Assembly (NCBI GenBank): GCA_963793305.1
Contig: CAWBZV010000012.1
Coordinates: 160,001-224,000 of the forward strand
Origin: an uncultured Gemmatimonadales bacterium
GTDB lineage: Bacteria > Gemmatimonadota > Gemmatimonadetes > Gemmatimonadales > Gemmatimonadaceae
Reading direction: 5' to 3'
DNA length: 64,000 nt
Notes under the pieces: generated by a model
The model's database searches: none
What the model was told of the DNA's origin: nothing
The model's input: only the letters and a program-made list of their open reading frames with translations
Shown here: in pieces, positions 38,884-48,989 of the stretch
How positions within the stretch are numbered: position 1 is the first letter of the stretch
How the letters are laid out: each line of letters starts with the position of its first letter
Made by a program: the position numbers and the translations under genes

Positions 38884-41340
38884 GTGAACAGCCAAGCACA
38901 TCTCGCGGTCAACACTCGCGCGCCGCGGGAGATGATCTCCCCCCCGCCGGTAGCGCCCCGCCGCGGCCCACCTTGGGCCGCCATTGGCGTTGCCGCCGCC
39001 TACCTGCTCGGCTGGATCCTGATCGCCTTCGCCCTCGAAGGCATCAAGTATCGCGATACCGCCCTCGCGATGTATTTCCTGCCCAAGAATTTCATCGCGA
39101 CCACCCTCGCGTTCTACGCCTCCCGTCGCCCAACACTCGACCCGCGCACGCGCCGGGCGTGGCTGCTCCTCGCGCTGGCCGGCGCGTTCATGGCCGCGTC
39201 CGACGGCCTGTGGTTTTTCTATGAGGTCGTCCGCGGGACCGAGAACACGCCAGTCTGGATAGACGGCGTCGCGCTCTCCGCGTTCCCGCTATGGGTCGCC
39301 GGCCTCCTGCACTTCCCGTCGGCCCCGCGCGCGGCAACCGAGCGCGCGAAGTACTGGCTCGACATCGCCACGGTGCTCGTTGGCGGCACCATGATCTCGT
39401 GGTACTTCGCCCTGCACCCGATCGCGGTCGCCTACCACAGCACGCTGGGCGATTTGATCCTGGCCGCGGCATTCCCGATCGGCGACCTCGTGGTCCTCGT
39501 GACGGTCGCCGCGATTCTCGCGCGAGCCCCCGCACAGGTCTCGCGCGTGCCCCTGCGCTTGCTGGCCGTGGCGCTGATCGGCGCGTTCGTGGCCGATCTC
39601 ATCTTCGGCAACATGCGCTTGGCCGGCACGTATCACACGGGCGATGCGATCGACTGGATCTGGCTCTTGAACGGCGCCCTGTTCGCGCTGGCTGGCTGGT
39701 GGCAGGCCTACGGCGCGACCGGGCCGAATACCGGTGCGACGAGCTTTGCGCCTGCGCCACGGCTGTCCTTGATGCCGTATGCCGCGGTGGCCGCCGGCTT
39801 CGGACTCCTCGTCTTCGTCGTCTTCGTCGCGCTCCCCTTCGAGCCCATCGAGCTGCGCGTCGTGGTCCTCGGCGCGCTCACGCTCACGTTGCTCGTCGTC
39901 CTGCGACAGGTCCTGGCCGCTCGCGACAATCTCCGCCTGTTGGCCGAGCGCGCCGCCCAAGAGGAACGATTCCGCCACGAGGCATTGCACGACGCGCTGA
40001 CCGGGCTCGCCAACCGGTCGCTGCTGCACGATCGCGCCGAGCACGCACTGATCCGCGCCCGGCGCCAGCAGCAGTTGCCACTGGCGTTGATCTTCCTGGA
40101 TCTCGACAACTTCAAGACCGTCAATGACAGCTTGGGGCATGCGACCGGCGACGCGCTGCTCGTCGAAGCCGCGCGACGACTACTCGCCTGCGTCCGCGCC
40201 ACGGACACGGTGGCACGGCTCGGCGGCGACGAGTTCGCGATCCTGATCGAGGATCCCGTCGAGACCTACGGCTGCCGGCTCATCACCGAGCGCATTCTGG
40301 CGACCCTCGCCCACCCGTACGTGATCGAAGGCCGCCATATCTTCGCCGGCGCGAGCCTGGGCGTCGCCGCCGTCGGCGACGCCGACACCGCCGACGATCT
40401 CCTGCGCAACGCCAACGTCGCGATGTACATGGCGAAGTCGCACGGCAAAGGCCAGTGCGTCTTCTTCGAGCCAGAAATGCGCACCGTCGCCCTCGAGCGC
40501 ATGGAGATCGAGACCGACCTCCGTCGCGCGATCGAGACGGGACAGTTCGTCCTGCACTATCAGCCGATCGTGATCCTCGAAACCGGAGAGATCACGGGCG
40601 TCGAAGCGCTCGTGCGCTGGCAGCACCCGCGCCGCGGACTCCTCATGCCCGGCCAGTTCATCGCGCTGGCCGAAGAGAGCGGGCTCATCGTCCCGCTCGG
40701 CGCGTGGGTCCTGCGCGAGGCGTGCCGCCAAGCACGGATCTGGCACGATCGCTTCGCCAGCCGCGATCCCGGCACACCGCCGCTCGCGATGACGGTCAAC
40801 GTCTCGGCCCGCCAGTTGCATACGCCACAACTCGTGGTCAATGTCGGCATCGCCCTCGAGGAGTCGCGGATCGATCCGCATGCACTGATTTTGGAGCTCA
40901 CGGAGAGTGTCCTCACGGAACAAACTCCCGCGGTGCTCGCGACGCTGCAATCGCTCAAGGCGCTCGGCGTCCGTTTGGCGATCGATGATTTCGGAACCGG
41001 CTACTCATCGCTCTCGTACTTACAACGCTTCCCGATCGACATCTTGAAGATCGCCAAGCCATTCGTCGACGAAGTCGGCAAAGAAACCGGCCGACAGGGA
41101 CTCGCTCAGGCGATTATCAACTTGGGCTCGACGTTGGCGGTGAGAACGATCGCCGAGGGCATCGAGCAACCCGACCAGCGCTCGCAGCTCCGTGCGCTAG
41201 GGTGCGAATTGGGCCAGGGCTATCATTTTTCGCGGCCCGCCACGGCCGCCGAACTGGATTCCCGATATTTCGGCGTGCGGCGCCGCTCGACAGCGGTGCC
41301 ACTCCAACCAGCCGGATCGACTGTGGTCGCACCGCTCTAG
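38884..41340 (+). CDS. Multi-TM GGDEF-EAL diguanylate cyclase/phosphodiesterase
   Basis: About 9 TMs; HDALTGLANR, DLDNFK.VNDSLGH, RATD I-site, GGDEF; EAL, ELTES, DDFGTGYSSLSYL, QGYHFSRP. Confidence 0.95.
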   Translation: MNSQAHLAVNTRAPREMISPPPVAPRRGPPWAAIGVAAAYLLGWILIAFALEGIKYRDTALAMYFLPKNFIATTLAFYASRRPTLDPRTRRAWLLLALAGAFMAASDGLWFFYEVVRGTENTPVWIDGVALSAFPLWVAGLLHFPSAPRAATERAKYWLDIATVLVGGTMISWYFALHPIAVAYHSTLGDLILAAAFPIGDLVVLVTVAAILARAPAQVSRVPLRLLAVALIGAFVADLIFGNMRLAGTYHTGDAIDWIWLLNGALFALAGWWQAYGATGPNTGATSFAPAPRLSLMPYAAVAAGFGLLVFVVFVALPFEPIELRVVVLGALTLTLLVVLRQVLAARDNLRLLAERAAQEERFRHEALHDALTGLANRSLLHDRAEHALIRARRQQQLPLALIFLDLDNFKTVNDSLGHATGDALLVEAARRLLACVRATDTVARLGGDEFAILIEDPVETYGCRLITERILATLAHPYVIEGRHIFAGASLGVAAVGDADTADDLLRNANVAMYMAKSHGKGQCVFFEPEMRTVALERMEIETDLRRAIETGQFVLHYQPIVILETGEITGVEALVRWQHPRRGLLMPGQFIALAEESGLIVPLGAWVLREACRQARIWHDRFASRDPGTPPLAMTVNVSARQLHTPQLVVNVGIALEESRIDPHALILELTESVLTEQTPAVLATLQSLKALGVRLAIDDFGTGYSSLSYLQRFPIDILKIAKPFVDEVGKETGRQGLAQAIINLGSTLAVRTIAEGIEQPDQRSQLRALGCELGQGYHFSRPATAAELDSRYFGVRRRSTAVPLQPAGSTVVAPL

Positions 41341-41367
41341 AGTGGCATTGCCGTTAAGATTCGGGGC

Positions 41368-42148
41368 ATGGATCTCGGACTCAGTGGCAAGGTCGCGCTG
41401 GTCACCGGCGCGTCATCTGGATTGGGAGCGGCGATTGCCCGCGAGTTGGCGGCGGAAGGTGCAGCCGTCGCCCTCGTCGCGCGTCGCGCGGCGGAGCTCG
41501 AGCGGGTGGCAGCGGAGATCGCGCGGCCGACACTCGTAATCCCCGGTGATGTCACCGAACCGGGCACCGCGGAGCGCTGCGTGCATCTGGTCGAGGACTC
41601 GCTCGGTCCCGTCGATATCCTCGTCGCGAACGCCGGCGGCCCGCCGTCCACAACGTTTGACACCACGACGGATGCCCACTATCACGCGGCGCTCGAGCTG
41701 AATTTGCTCGCCTCGATCCGCCTCGCGCACGCCTGCGTACCTGGTATGCGTCAGCGGCGGTGGGGCCGCGTGATCTTTCTGAACGTCAATGGCGGCCAAG
41801 CAGCCGGTTCCCGGTCTCCTTCTATCGAACACCGCCCGCGCGGGGCTCCTCGGCTTCGCGAAAACATTGTCCAACGAAGTCGCACGAGATGGTGTTCTCG
41901 TGAATACGGTGCTACCAGGCCACTTCGACACCGCGCGCGCCCTGGAGTTGGCTCGCATGCGGGCTGAGCGCACCGGCAAGCCGATTGATGATCTCATGCA
42001 AGCGCGCACAGCCGATATCCCACTGGGCCGCGCCGGTGATCCAAAAGAGATGGCCGCGGTCGTGGCGTTCCTCGCCTCGGAACGCGCGAGCTTCGTGACC
42101 GGCACCGCCATTCAGGTCGATGGCGGACAAATCGCCACGATTCTTTAG
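41368..42148 (+). CDS. SDR family oxidoreductase (+1 frameshift at ~41783)
   Basis: TGASSGLG, NAGGPP; (TS)MAAKQP...SNTARAG...VDGG in ORF 41789-42148. Confidence 0.88.
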
Positions 42149-43540
42149 GCGACCCGCCGCAGTCCGCTGTCCAGCACCGCCCTCACGCGCTCGACGAGCG
42201 CGGTCATATCAAACGGCTTCTGGATCAACGGGGTCTCGTCGACATCCTCGAAGCTGTAGCCGGACATGAGCAACGCCCGGAGCTCGGGCTTGCTCCGGCG
42301 CAAGCGCTCGACGAGCGGCCGCCCACCGAGCTGCGGCATGACGACGTCGCTCAATAAGAGATCGACCCGATCGGGGTTGCGCTCGAACGCGGCGACCGCG
42401 TCGAGCCCGTGCGCTGCATCCAGGACCGTGTAGCCCTGGCGCTCGAGCGCGCGACGGATCGATGAGCGTACCGGCGCCTCGTCTTCGACGAGGAGCACTG
42501 TCTCCGTTCCAGTCGACAGGGCGCGCCGGGGTGCGGCCACAACGGGCGCGACGCCGACGGCATCGCTGTACGGCAACCGGATCGTGAACGTCGTGCCGTG
42601 CCCCACCGCGCTGGCGACTTCGATCGTGCCGCCGGTTTGCCGGACGATGCCGTAGACGGTCGCGAGCCCGAGCCCCGTCCCCTTCCCCGCGGGCTTGGTC
42701 GTGAAGAACGGCTCGAACATGCGCGACCGCGTGGCTTCGTCCATCCCGTGGCCCGTGTCGCGGACGACGAGACACAAGCCGTCGGCCGCGTGCACCGTCT
42801 CGATACAAATGAGCCCGCCCTCGGGCATGGCATCCCGCGCGTTGACGACGAGGTTGACGAGCACTTGCTCCATCTGCCCTCGGTCGGCCCGAACCGGCGC
42901 GGCGTTCGCATCGAGCTTCGTCTCCAGCCAGAATGTGCTCGCCGATCACGCGGCGCAGCATCTTCTCGGCGTCGCGCATGACCTCGTTGAGGTCCAACGC
43001 CTCCAGGCGCCCCGTGCTGCCCTTCCGGCTGAACGCCAGCAACTGTCGCGTGAGCTCGGCCCCGCGGCGCACCGTCTTCCGGATCTCGTCGAGCTCCTCT
43101 CGCGCGGAATCGTTTTCGTCGAGCCCGAACGACATGAGCTCGGCGTTCGCCGAGATCGCCGTGAGGAGATTGTTGAAGTCGTGCGCGACGCCACCCGCGA
43201 GCTGGCCGATCGCGTCCATCTTCTGCGACTGCCGCAGCTGCTCTTCCATGCGCCGACGGTCGCTGACATTGAGAACGGTCGCTATGATCAAGCCTTCGAC
43301 GCGCGAGACGGTGAGCGCGACCCACACGACCGCCCCATTGTCGCGCCGCAGTTGCTGCTCGCCGGGATTGAGCTCGTTGAGCCCGAGGTCCGCCTGATGC
43401 CGCCCCTGCAACTCTTCGCCGCTCGCGCCCATCAAAGTTTGAAACGCCGGGTTCGTCTCGACGACGCAACCATCAGCCGCGAACAACACGATGCCGACGG
43501 CCGCATGATCAACCACAGTGCGAATATCGAGCGGACCCAT
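42145..43540 (-). CDS. PAS hybrid histidine kinase-receiver (CckA-like; +1 frameshift at ~42930)
   Basis: QSQKMDAIGQLAGGVAHDFNNLL; NLVVNARDAM, FEPFFTTK, GTGLGL; receiver LLVEDE/DVVMP/KPF. Confidence 0.9.
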
Positions 43541-43605
43541 AGGTCAGAGTATCGGGGTAAATTCGCCCCGTCTTTAGCTGCATTTACGCTTCTTTTCGCG
43601 TCCAG

Positions 43606-46020
43606 ATGCCCGTGATGAATCTCCGCTTAGCGCTACGCGACATGGCGAGGCGCCCCACCTTCGCGGCCGCGATCATCCTGACGCTCACGATCAGCCTCGG
43701 CGCGACGATCGCGGCGTTCGCGTTCATCGACGCGGTATTTCTGACGCGACTCCCGGTGCGCGACCAGGACCGCCTCGTGGTGATGACCGCCAAGGAGTTT
43801 CCAGTCCCATGGGAGACGCGGGCCTCTCTCGCCCAACGTCGGCGCGCGTTCAGCGGCGTCACCGCGTTCGCGTCGTTCGGCGCCTTCCCGTTCGCGGGAC
43901 GTGATGGCCAACGCACCTTTCACGTCGTCCGCGCCGCCGTCGCGGGCAACTTCTTCAATGTCTTAGGTACCCGACCCGAGCTGGGGCGGCTGCTGCGACC
44001 CGACGACAATGTGCTCGGCGCGCCGGGAACCGTCGTGCTGAGCGATCAGCTGTGGCGACGCGATTTCGGCGCTGACTCCAGCGTCGTCGGACGCCTGATC
44101 TACTTCGCGCGCGAGCCACACCGCGTCGTTGGCATCGCACCGCGTGAATTTTTGTATCCGGCCGGCGCCAATGCCTGGGTGCCCGTGATCCCTGAGTTCG
44201 ACAACCGGTTCGGCGAGAGCGTGGACAGCTTGCCGTTCTATCTGGTCGGCCGGCTCACTCCCGGCGTATCGCAACGCGCGGCGCGCGCCGAGTTCGAGGC
44301 CGTGCTCCGCCTGGTGCTGCCGAACAGCGCGTTTTACGCCGACTGGAAAAGCCGAGGACTCCCTCTGCCGCTCAAGGGCTCGGTGACGCCGTTCGCGGAC
44401 GTGGTGCTCGGCACGGAGCTGCGACCGGCGCTGATCGTGCTGTTCGCCGCCGTCCTCCTGGTGCTGGTCATCGCGTGGGCCAACATCGGTGGGCTACTGC
44501 TGGGCCGGGGCCTCGCTCGTGGTCCCGAGCTCGCTGTGCGGCGCGCGCTCGGCGCCAGCCGGCGGCAGATCGCCGAGTACCTCCTGGTCGAGTCGGCCGT
44601 ACTCGCCGGCATTGGTGGAGCACTCGGCCTCGCGCTCGCGGTAGGCCTGATCCGGGCGGCGATCGCCATGGCACCCGCCGGACTGCCAATGATCGGCACG
44701 GCGCATGTCGCTCCCGTGGTCTTGATCTTTGCCCTGGGCGTGACGTTGGTCGCTCCGCTCGCATTCGGCCTCGCGCCAGCCTTGCGTGGGGCGAGCCAGG
44801 CGCCGGATTACGTGCTGCGCGGCGCCGCGCGATCCGTCATCGGCGGGCCGTTCACGCGAATCGCGCGGCATGGACTGGTCGCCGCCCAAGTCTCGCTGGC
44901 GATTGTTGTGCTTTCGGGCGCCGCCCTGCTGGGCCGAACGCTCGCGAGGCTCGAGACGACGACGCTCGGATTCGACCCGGCGCACCTGTTCTTCTTCAAG
45001 CCCGACATCATGACCGCGGCCGACAAGAGCGACACGATGATCTACCACCGAATCGATCGCACCGTCGAAGGGTTGAACCTGCCCATCACCTCCTCGGTGT
45101 TGCTGCCGTTCACGGGAACGAACCTCTCCGCGCCATACACGCTCGACGGACAGGCGACACCACCGGCCGGTCTCAACCCGGAAGTGCACCTCGACTACGC
45201 GCTCGATGACTACTTCGGGATCATGCGCATCCCGCTGCTGCGTGGTCGAGCGCTGGCGCGCACCGACGATCGCGGCGCACAACCGGTCGCCGTCGTGAAC
45301 GACGCGTTCGCCCGGAAAGCGTGGCCCGGTCAGGATCCGCTCGGCCATCGCATCCAATTCCGCGGTGACCTGACGCGCAATCAATGGTGGACTGTCGTTG
45401 GCGTCTCAGCCGACGCCAAGTTCGACGATGTGTCCGGCCCGCCTCGCGCGGAGGTCTACGTCAATCTCCGACAGGTGGAGTGGAACCCCGACGTGTGGTA
45501 CGTACTGCGCACCGAGCACCCCGATCGAGCGGAGCAGCCACTCGAGCGCGCGATAGAAGCGAGCGATCCGGCGTTCAGTGTGGCCCGAACGGTCACCGGC
45601 CCCAGTCTGCTTGACGCGCGCCTGGCTCGCCCACGCGCGCTCGCGACCCTGTTCGCCGCACTCTCGAGCTCGGCGCTCCTTCTTGCGGCGGTCGGCCTCT
45701 TCGGCGTTCTCTCAGCCTACATTCGGGAGCGGCGACGCGAGATCGCCGTTCGGTCGGCCCTCGGCGCGACGCCGTCACAACTGCGCGGACTCGTGCTGGC
45801 GCAAACGCTGACCATGAGCGTCGTGGGCGTTGCCTGCGGGGTACCGCTCGCCCTTGGCGCCTCGAGCGTGCTACGCAAGATGGTCAGCGACGTCCAGGCG
45901 CCGGACGCACTGACCATCGTCGTCATCGCGATCGTCGTCATCGGCGTGGTCGCGGCCGCCGCCTACGGGCCAATGATTCGAGCGTCGCGCATCGATCCGA
46001 GGACCGCGCTCGCCGAATAG
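43606..46020 (+). CDS. ADOP-type duplicated ABC permease (MacB/FtsX-like)
   Basis: Two MacB-PCD/FtsX halves; ELAVRRALGA, EIAVRSALGA, RASRIDP. Confidence 0.88.
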   Translation: MPVMNLRLALRDMARRPTFAAAIILTLTISLGATIAAFAFIDAVFLTRLPVRDQDRLVVMTAKEFPVPWETRASLAQRRRAFSGVTAFASFGAFPFAGRDGQRTFHVVRAAVAGNFFNVLGTRPELGRLLRPDDNVLGAPGTVVLSDQLWRRDFGADSSVVGRLIYFAREPHRVVGIAPREFLYPAGANAWVPVIPEFDNRFGESVDSLPFYLVGRLTPGVSQRAARAEFEAVLRLVLPNSAFYADWKSRGLPLPLKGSVTPFADVVLGTELRPALIVLFAAVLLVLVIAWANIGGLLLGRGLARGPELAVRRALGASRRQIAEYLLVESAVLAGIGGALGLALAVGLIRAAIAMAPAGLPMIGTAHVAPVVLIFALGVTLVAPLAFGLAPALRGASQAPDYVLRGAARSVIGGPFTRIARHGLVAAQVSLAIVVLSGAALLGRTLARLETTTLGFDPAHLFFFKPDIMTAADKSDTMIYHRIDRTVEGLNLPITSSVLLPFTGTNLSAPYTLDGQATPPAGLNPEVHLDYALDDYFGIMRIPLLRGRALARTDDRGAQPVAVVNDAFARKAWPGQDPLGHRIQFRGDLTRNQWWTVVGVSADAKFDDVSGPPRAEVYVNLRQVEWNPDVWYVLRTEHPDRAEQPLERAIEASDPAFSVARTVTGPSLLDARLARPRALATLFAALSSSALLLAAVGLFGVLSAYIRERRREIAVRSALGATPSQLRGLVLAQTLTMSVVGVACGVPLALGASSVLRKMVSDVQAPDALTIVVIAIVVIGVVAAAAYGPMIRASRIDPRTALAE

Positions 46021-47556
46021 CTAGAATGCGCTGCCGGCGTTGGTCATGACGACGCCGAAGACTTCGATCGCCGCCCAGAGGTTCGCCAATCGCGTATTCT
46101 CGTTCGCCGCGTGCTGATTGTTGTCGTAGTTCACGGTCGGCAAGTTGATGAGCGGCTTATGGAGCACGGACTCGAATTCGCTCATCGGCAGACTGCCACC
46201 CATGGCCGGGATGACCACCAGCGGCTGATCGCTGGCCTCGGCCACGAGGTGCTCGATCGCCTTCGAGATCGCCAGATCGAGTGACGTGCGCTGGGCCGCG
46301 TAGCCGTTGCCCCACTGGAGGCGGATGACCTTCGGGTGCGCGAGCCGCATCTGGCGATCGACGCTGTCGTGCACGATGAAAAATCCTTGCCGGCGGATAT
46401 GCGCCTCGACGAGCTCGCGCACGTGCGGCGGCGTCTCGTTCGGCACCAGCCGGAAGTCGATCGAAGCGCGCGCCTCCGTGGGGATCGCGTTGGCCGCCGT
46501 CGCGCCGACGGCGCCGGACTGGAATCCGCGGAAATTGATCGCGGGGAGCATGATGCGCTCAGCGAGCCGCGCATTGCTGGCCTCGGACGCGCCGAGCGCC
46601 AACGACTGCCGCAAGAGCGAATCGGGTCGCGGCAACTTCGCGATCGCCGCGCGCTCGCTCGGCAACAATGGCCGTACGTCGTCCATGTATCCCGCGACGA
46701 GAATCTGCCCATCCGGCGTCCGCAGGCTCGCCAGCAATGAGGCCAATAGCGAGATCGGGTTCGGCGCCCAGTTGCCATAGTGGCCGCTGTGCAGCGCCCG
46801 GGCGGGACCGTACGTCGTGAGCTCCAGACTCATCGCACCGCGCACGCCGAATCCGACAACAGGGCGACCGGACTGGTCTATGGGGCCATCGCAGAACAAC
46901 CATGCATCGGCCTGGACCACGTCCTGGTATTTCTCGAGCATGGCCCTCGCGTGCGTGGAACCCGCCTCTTCTTCGCCTTCGAAATAGAACTTGAGATTCA
47001 CCGAAGGGCGAAGACCGAGAGAGTGCAACGCGTCGAGCGCGGCCAGCATCGACATGATCGGCGCCTTGTCATCGCTCGCCGAGCGGCCGTAGAGGCGTGT
47101 TTCGCCCGGCACCGTATCACCATCGACCGGCACCGAAACGTCCTCGGTACCGTTACGAAGCACTGGCTGCCACGGTGGCGTGGCCCAGTCCGCCAGCGTC
47201 ACGGGCTGCCCATCATAGTGCGCATAGAGCATGACCGTGTGCGTCGCGCCGGGCGATGCCAGCTCGCCGTACACAGCGGGCGGGCTGCCGGGTAGCTCCA
47301 GCAACCGGGCCGAGACACCGCGGCGCTGGAGCATGGCAACGAGCGTGTCCGCGTTGTGTCGTATATCGGCTGAGTCTGACGCGACGTTTCGGAGGGAGAC
47401 GAGCGTCGTAAACTCACGCAAGACACTGCCTTCGTGGGCGAGGCGCCACGCCTGGATGCCCGCCCGGGGATCCTGGGCCTGGGCGGCCTGCGCCGCGAAA
47501 AAGACGCCAATGATCAGCTTCCAACGATTGGGGTAGTTCCTGCCACTCAATTGCAT
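46021..47556 (-). CDS. M20/M25/M40 family metallopeptidase (start uncertain)
   Basis: YAHYDGQP, GRSASDDK, EGEEEAGS, HSGHYGNW, NQHAANEN; signal-like AQAAQA. Confidence 0.9.
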   Translation of the reverse strand: MQLSGRNYPNRWKLIIGVFFAAQAAQAQDPRAGIQAWRLAHEGSVLREFTTLVSLRNVASDSADIRHNADTLVAMLQRRGVSARLLELPGSPPAVYGELASPGATHTVMLYAHYDGQPVTLADWATPPWQPVLRNGTEDVSVPVDGDTVPGETRLYGRSASDDKAPIMSMLAALDALHSLGLRPSVNLKFYFEGEEEAGSTHARAMLEKYQDVVQADAWLFCDGPIDQSGRPVVGFGVRGAMSLELTTYGPARALHSGHYGNWAPNPISLLASLLASLRTPDGQILVAGYMDDVRPLLPSERAAIAKLPRPDSLLRQSLALGASEASNARLAERIMLPAINFRGFQSGAVGATAANAIPTEARASIDFRLVPNETPPHVRELVEAHIRRQGFFIVHDSVDRQMRLAHPKVIRLQWGNGYAAQRTSLDLAISKAIEHLVAEASDQPLVVIPAMGGSLPMSEFESVLHKPLINLPTVNYDNNQHAANENTRLANLWAAIEVFGVVMTNAGSAF

Positions 47557-48967
47557 GCAGGAACTTACGCCAAAAATCGAGGTCCGAATCCGGCGTGACA
47601 CCAAGCCGACGCGTGCGAACATTTCGGCCGTGCTCCCCAGTCCGGATATCTGCGAGCGCGCCCTCGCCGCGCGTGATGCCCGTTTCGACGGCGTCTTTTA
47701 CGTCGGCATCACGTCGACCGGCATCTACTGCCGCCCCGTGTGCCCCTCACGGTTCGCCACGTCCGAGCATCGGCGATTCTTCGCATCGGCCGCTTCGGCT
47801 GAGCACGCGGGGTACCGCCCCTGCCTCAGGTGTCGCCCGGAGCTCGCGCCCGGTCGGGGGCAGATGGAAGCCCTGCCTCGTCTGGCAGCGGCGGCCGCCG
47901 AGCGGATCGCGGCTGGCGCGTTGAATGGCCGTGCGGTGACGGAGCTCGCGTCCGACCTCGGCGTCAGCGAGCGGCACCTCCGGCGCGCGGTCGAGCGCGC
48001 GATTGGCGTCTCTCCGATAGCCCTGGCGCAGACTCACCGACTGCTGCTCGCCAAGCAGCTGCTCGTCGACACATCACTTTCGGTCACGCAGATCGCCTTC
48101 GCGAGCGGCTTTCAGAGCCTCCGCAGGTTCAATTCTGTCTTTCGCGAGCGCTACCGGTTGAGCCCCACGGACATTCGCCGGGCGCGGGACGGCGCCCCCG
48201 AGCCGCGGCGTAGCGACCTCATTCGCCTCACGCTGAGCTATCGCGCACCGCTGGCGTGGGAAGCGCTCATGGCGCTGATCGGCCGCAGCACGCTCCCGGG
48301 CGTCGAAGTGGTGAACGGGAACCGATACGCCCGAACCGTTCGCATGGGCGACCGGACCGGGGTCGTGTTCGTCGAGGACTCGCCCACGAGCAAGGCGCAT
48401 GTGAACGTCGACGTGTCCCCATCCTTGTTGCCGTCATTGATGCCGTTGCTGGCGCAGATTAGACGCCTGTTTGATCTCGACGCCGAGCCGAACGTCGTCG
48501 ATGCGCACTTGGCGCAGGGCGGTTTGGCCGACCTCGTCGCCGCGCGACCGGGCCTCAGGGTTCCGGGCGCGTTCGACGGGTTCGAGGTTGCTTTGGCGCT
48601 GCTGCTGCGCGAGAGCCCGGAGGGTGAGGCCCGCCGTGTGGTGGCCAGCCTGGGCGAGCTCTGCGAGACCGACACTCCGGGCCTGACGCATGTCGCGCCA
48701 TGCGCCGCCCGTGCGGCGCAGGCACCAGGCGCGGTTGGGGCTCTGGCGCGCGCGGTGGTGAGCGGCGCCCTGCGATTGGCGCCGGGCGCGGACGCGGTTG
48801 CGGCACGACGCACGCTCATGACGATCCCCGGGGTCGACGATCGTCTCGCGACCACCATCGTCATGCGCGCGCTGCATTGGCCTGACGCGTGGATCGCGTC
48901 GGATCGCGCCAGGGCCGAGTCATGGCGCCCCTGGCGCGCGTACGCGGCATTGCACCTCTGGTCATAG
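47555..48967 (+). CDS. alkA: Ada metal-binding/AraC + AlkA DNA-3-methyladenine glycosylase fusion (start uncertain)
   Basis: STGIYCRPVC, PCLRCRPE, SGFQSLRRFN, W.PWRAYAALHLW. Confidence 0.9.
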   Translation: MQELTPKIEVRIRRDTKPTRANISAVLPSPDICERALAARDARFDGVFYVGITSTGIYCRPVCPSRFATSEHRRFFASAASAEHAGYRPCLRCRPELAPGRGQMEALPRLAAAAAERIAAGALNGRAVTELASDLGVSERHLRRAVERAIGVSPIALAQTHRLLLAKQLLVDTSLSVTQIAFASGFQSLRRFNSVFRERYRLSPTDIRRARDGAPEPRRSDLIRLTLSYRAPLAWEALMALIGRSTLPGVEVVNGNRYARTVRMGDRTGVVFVEDSPTSKAHVNVDVSPSLLPSLMPLLAQIRRLFDLDAEPNVVDAHLAQGGLADLVAARPGLRVPGAFDGFEVALALLLRESPEGEARRVVASLGELCETDTPGLTHVAPCAARAAQAPGAVGALARAVVSGALRLAPGADAVAARRTLMTIPGVDDRLATTIVMRALHWPDAWIASDRARAESWRPWRAYAALHLWS

Positions 48968-48989
48968 GCGGTCCCAGCCGGCTAGTATC

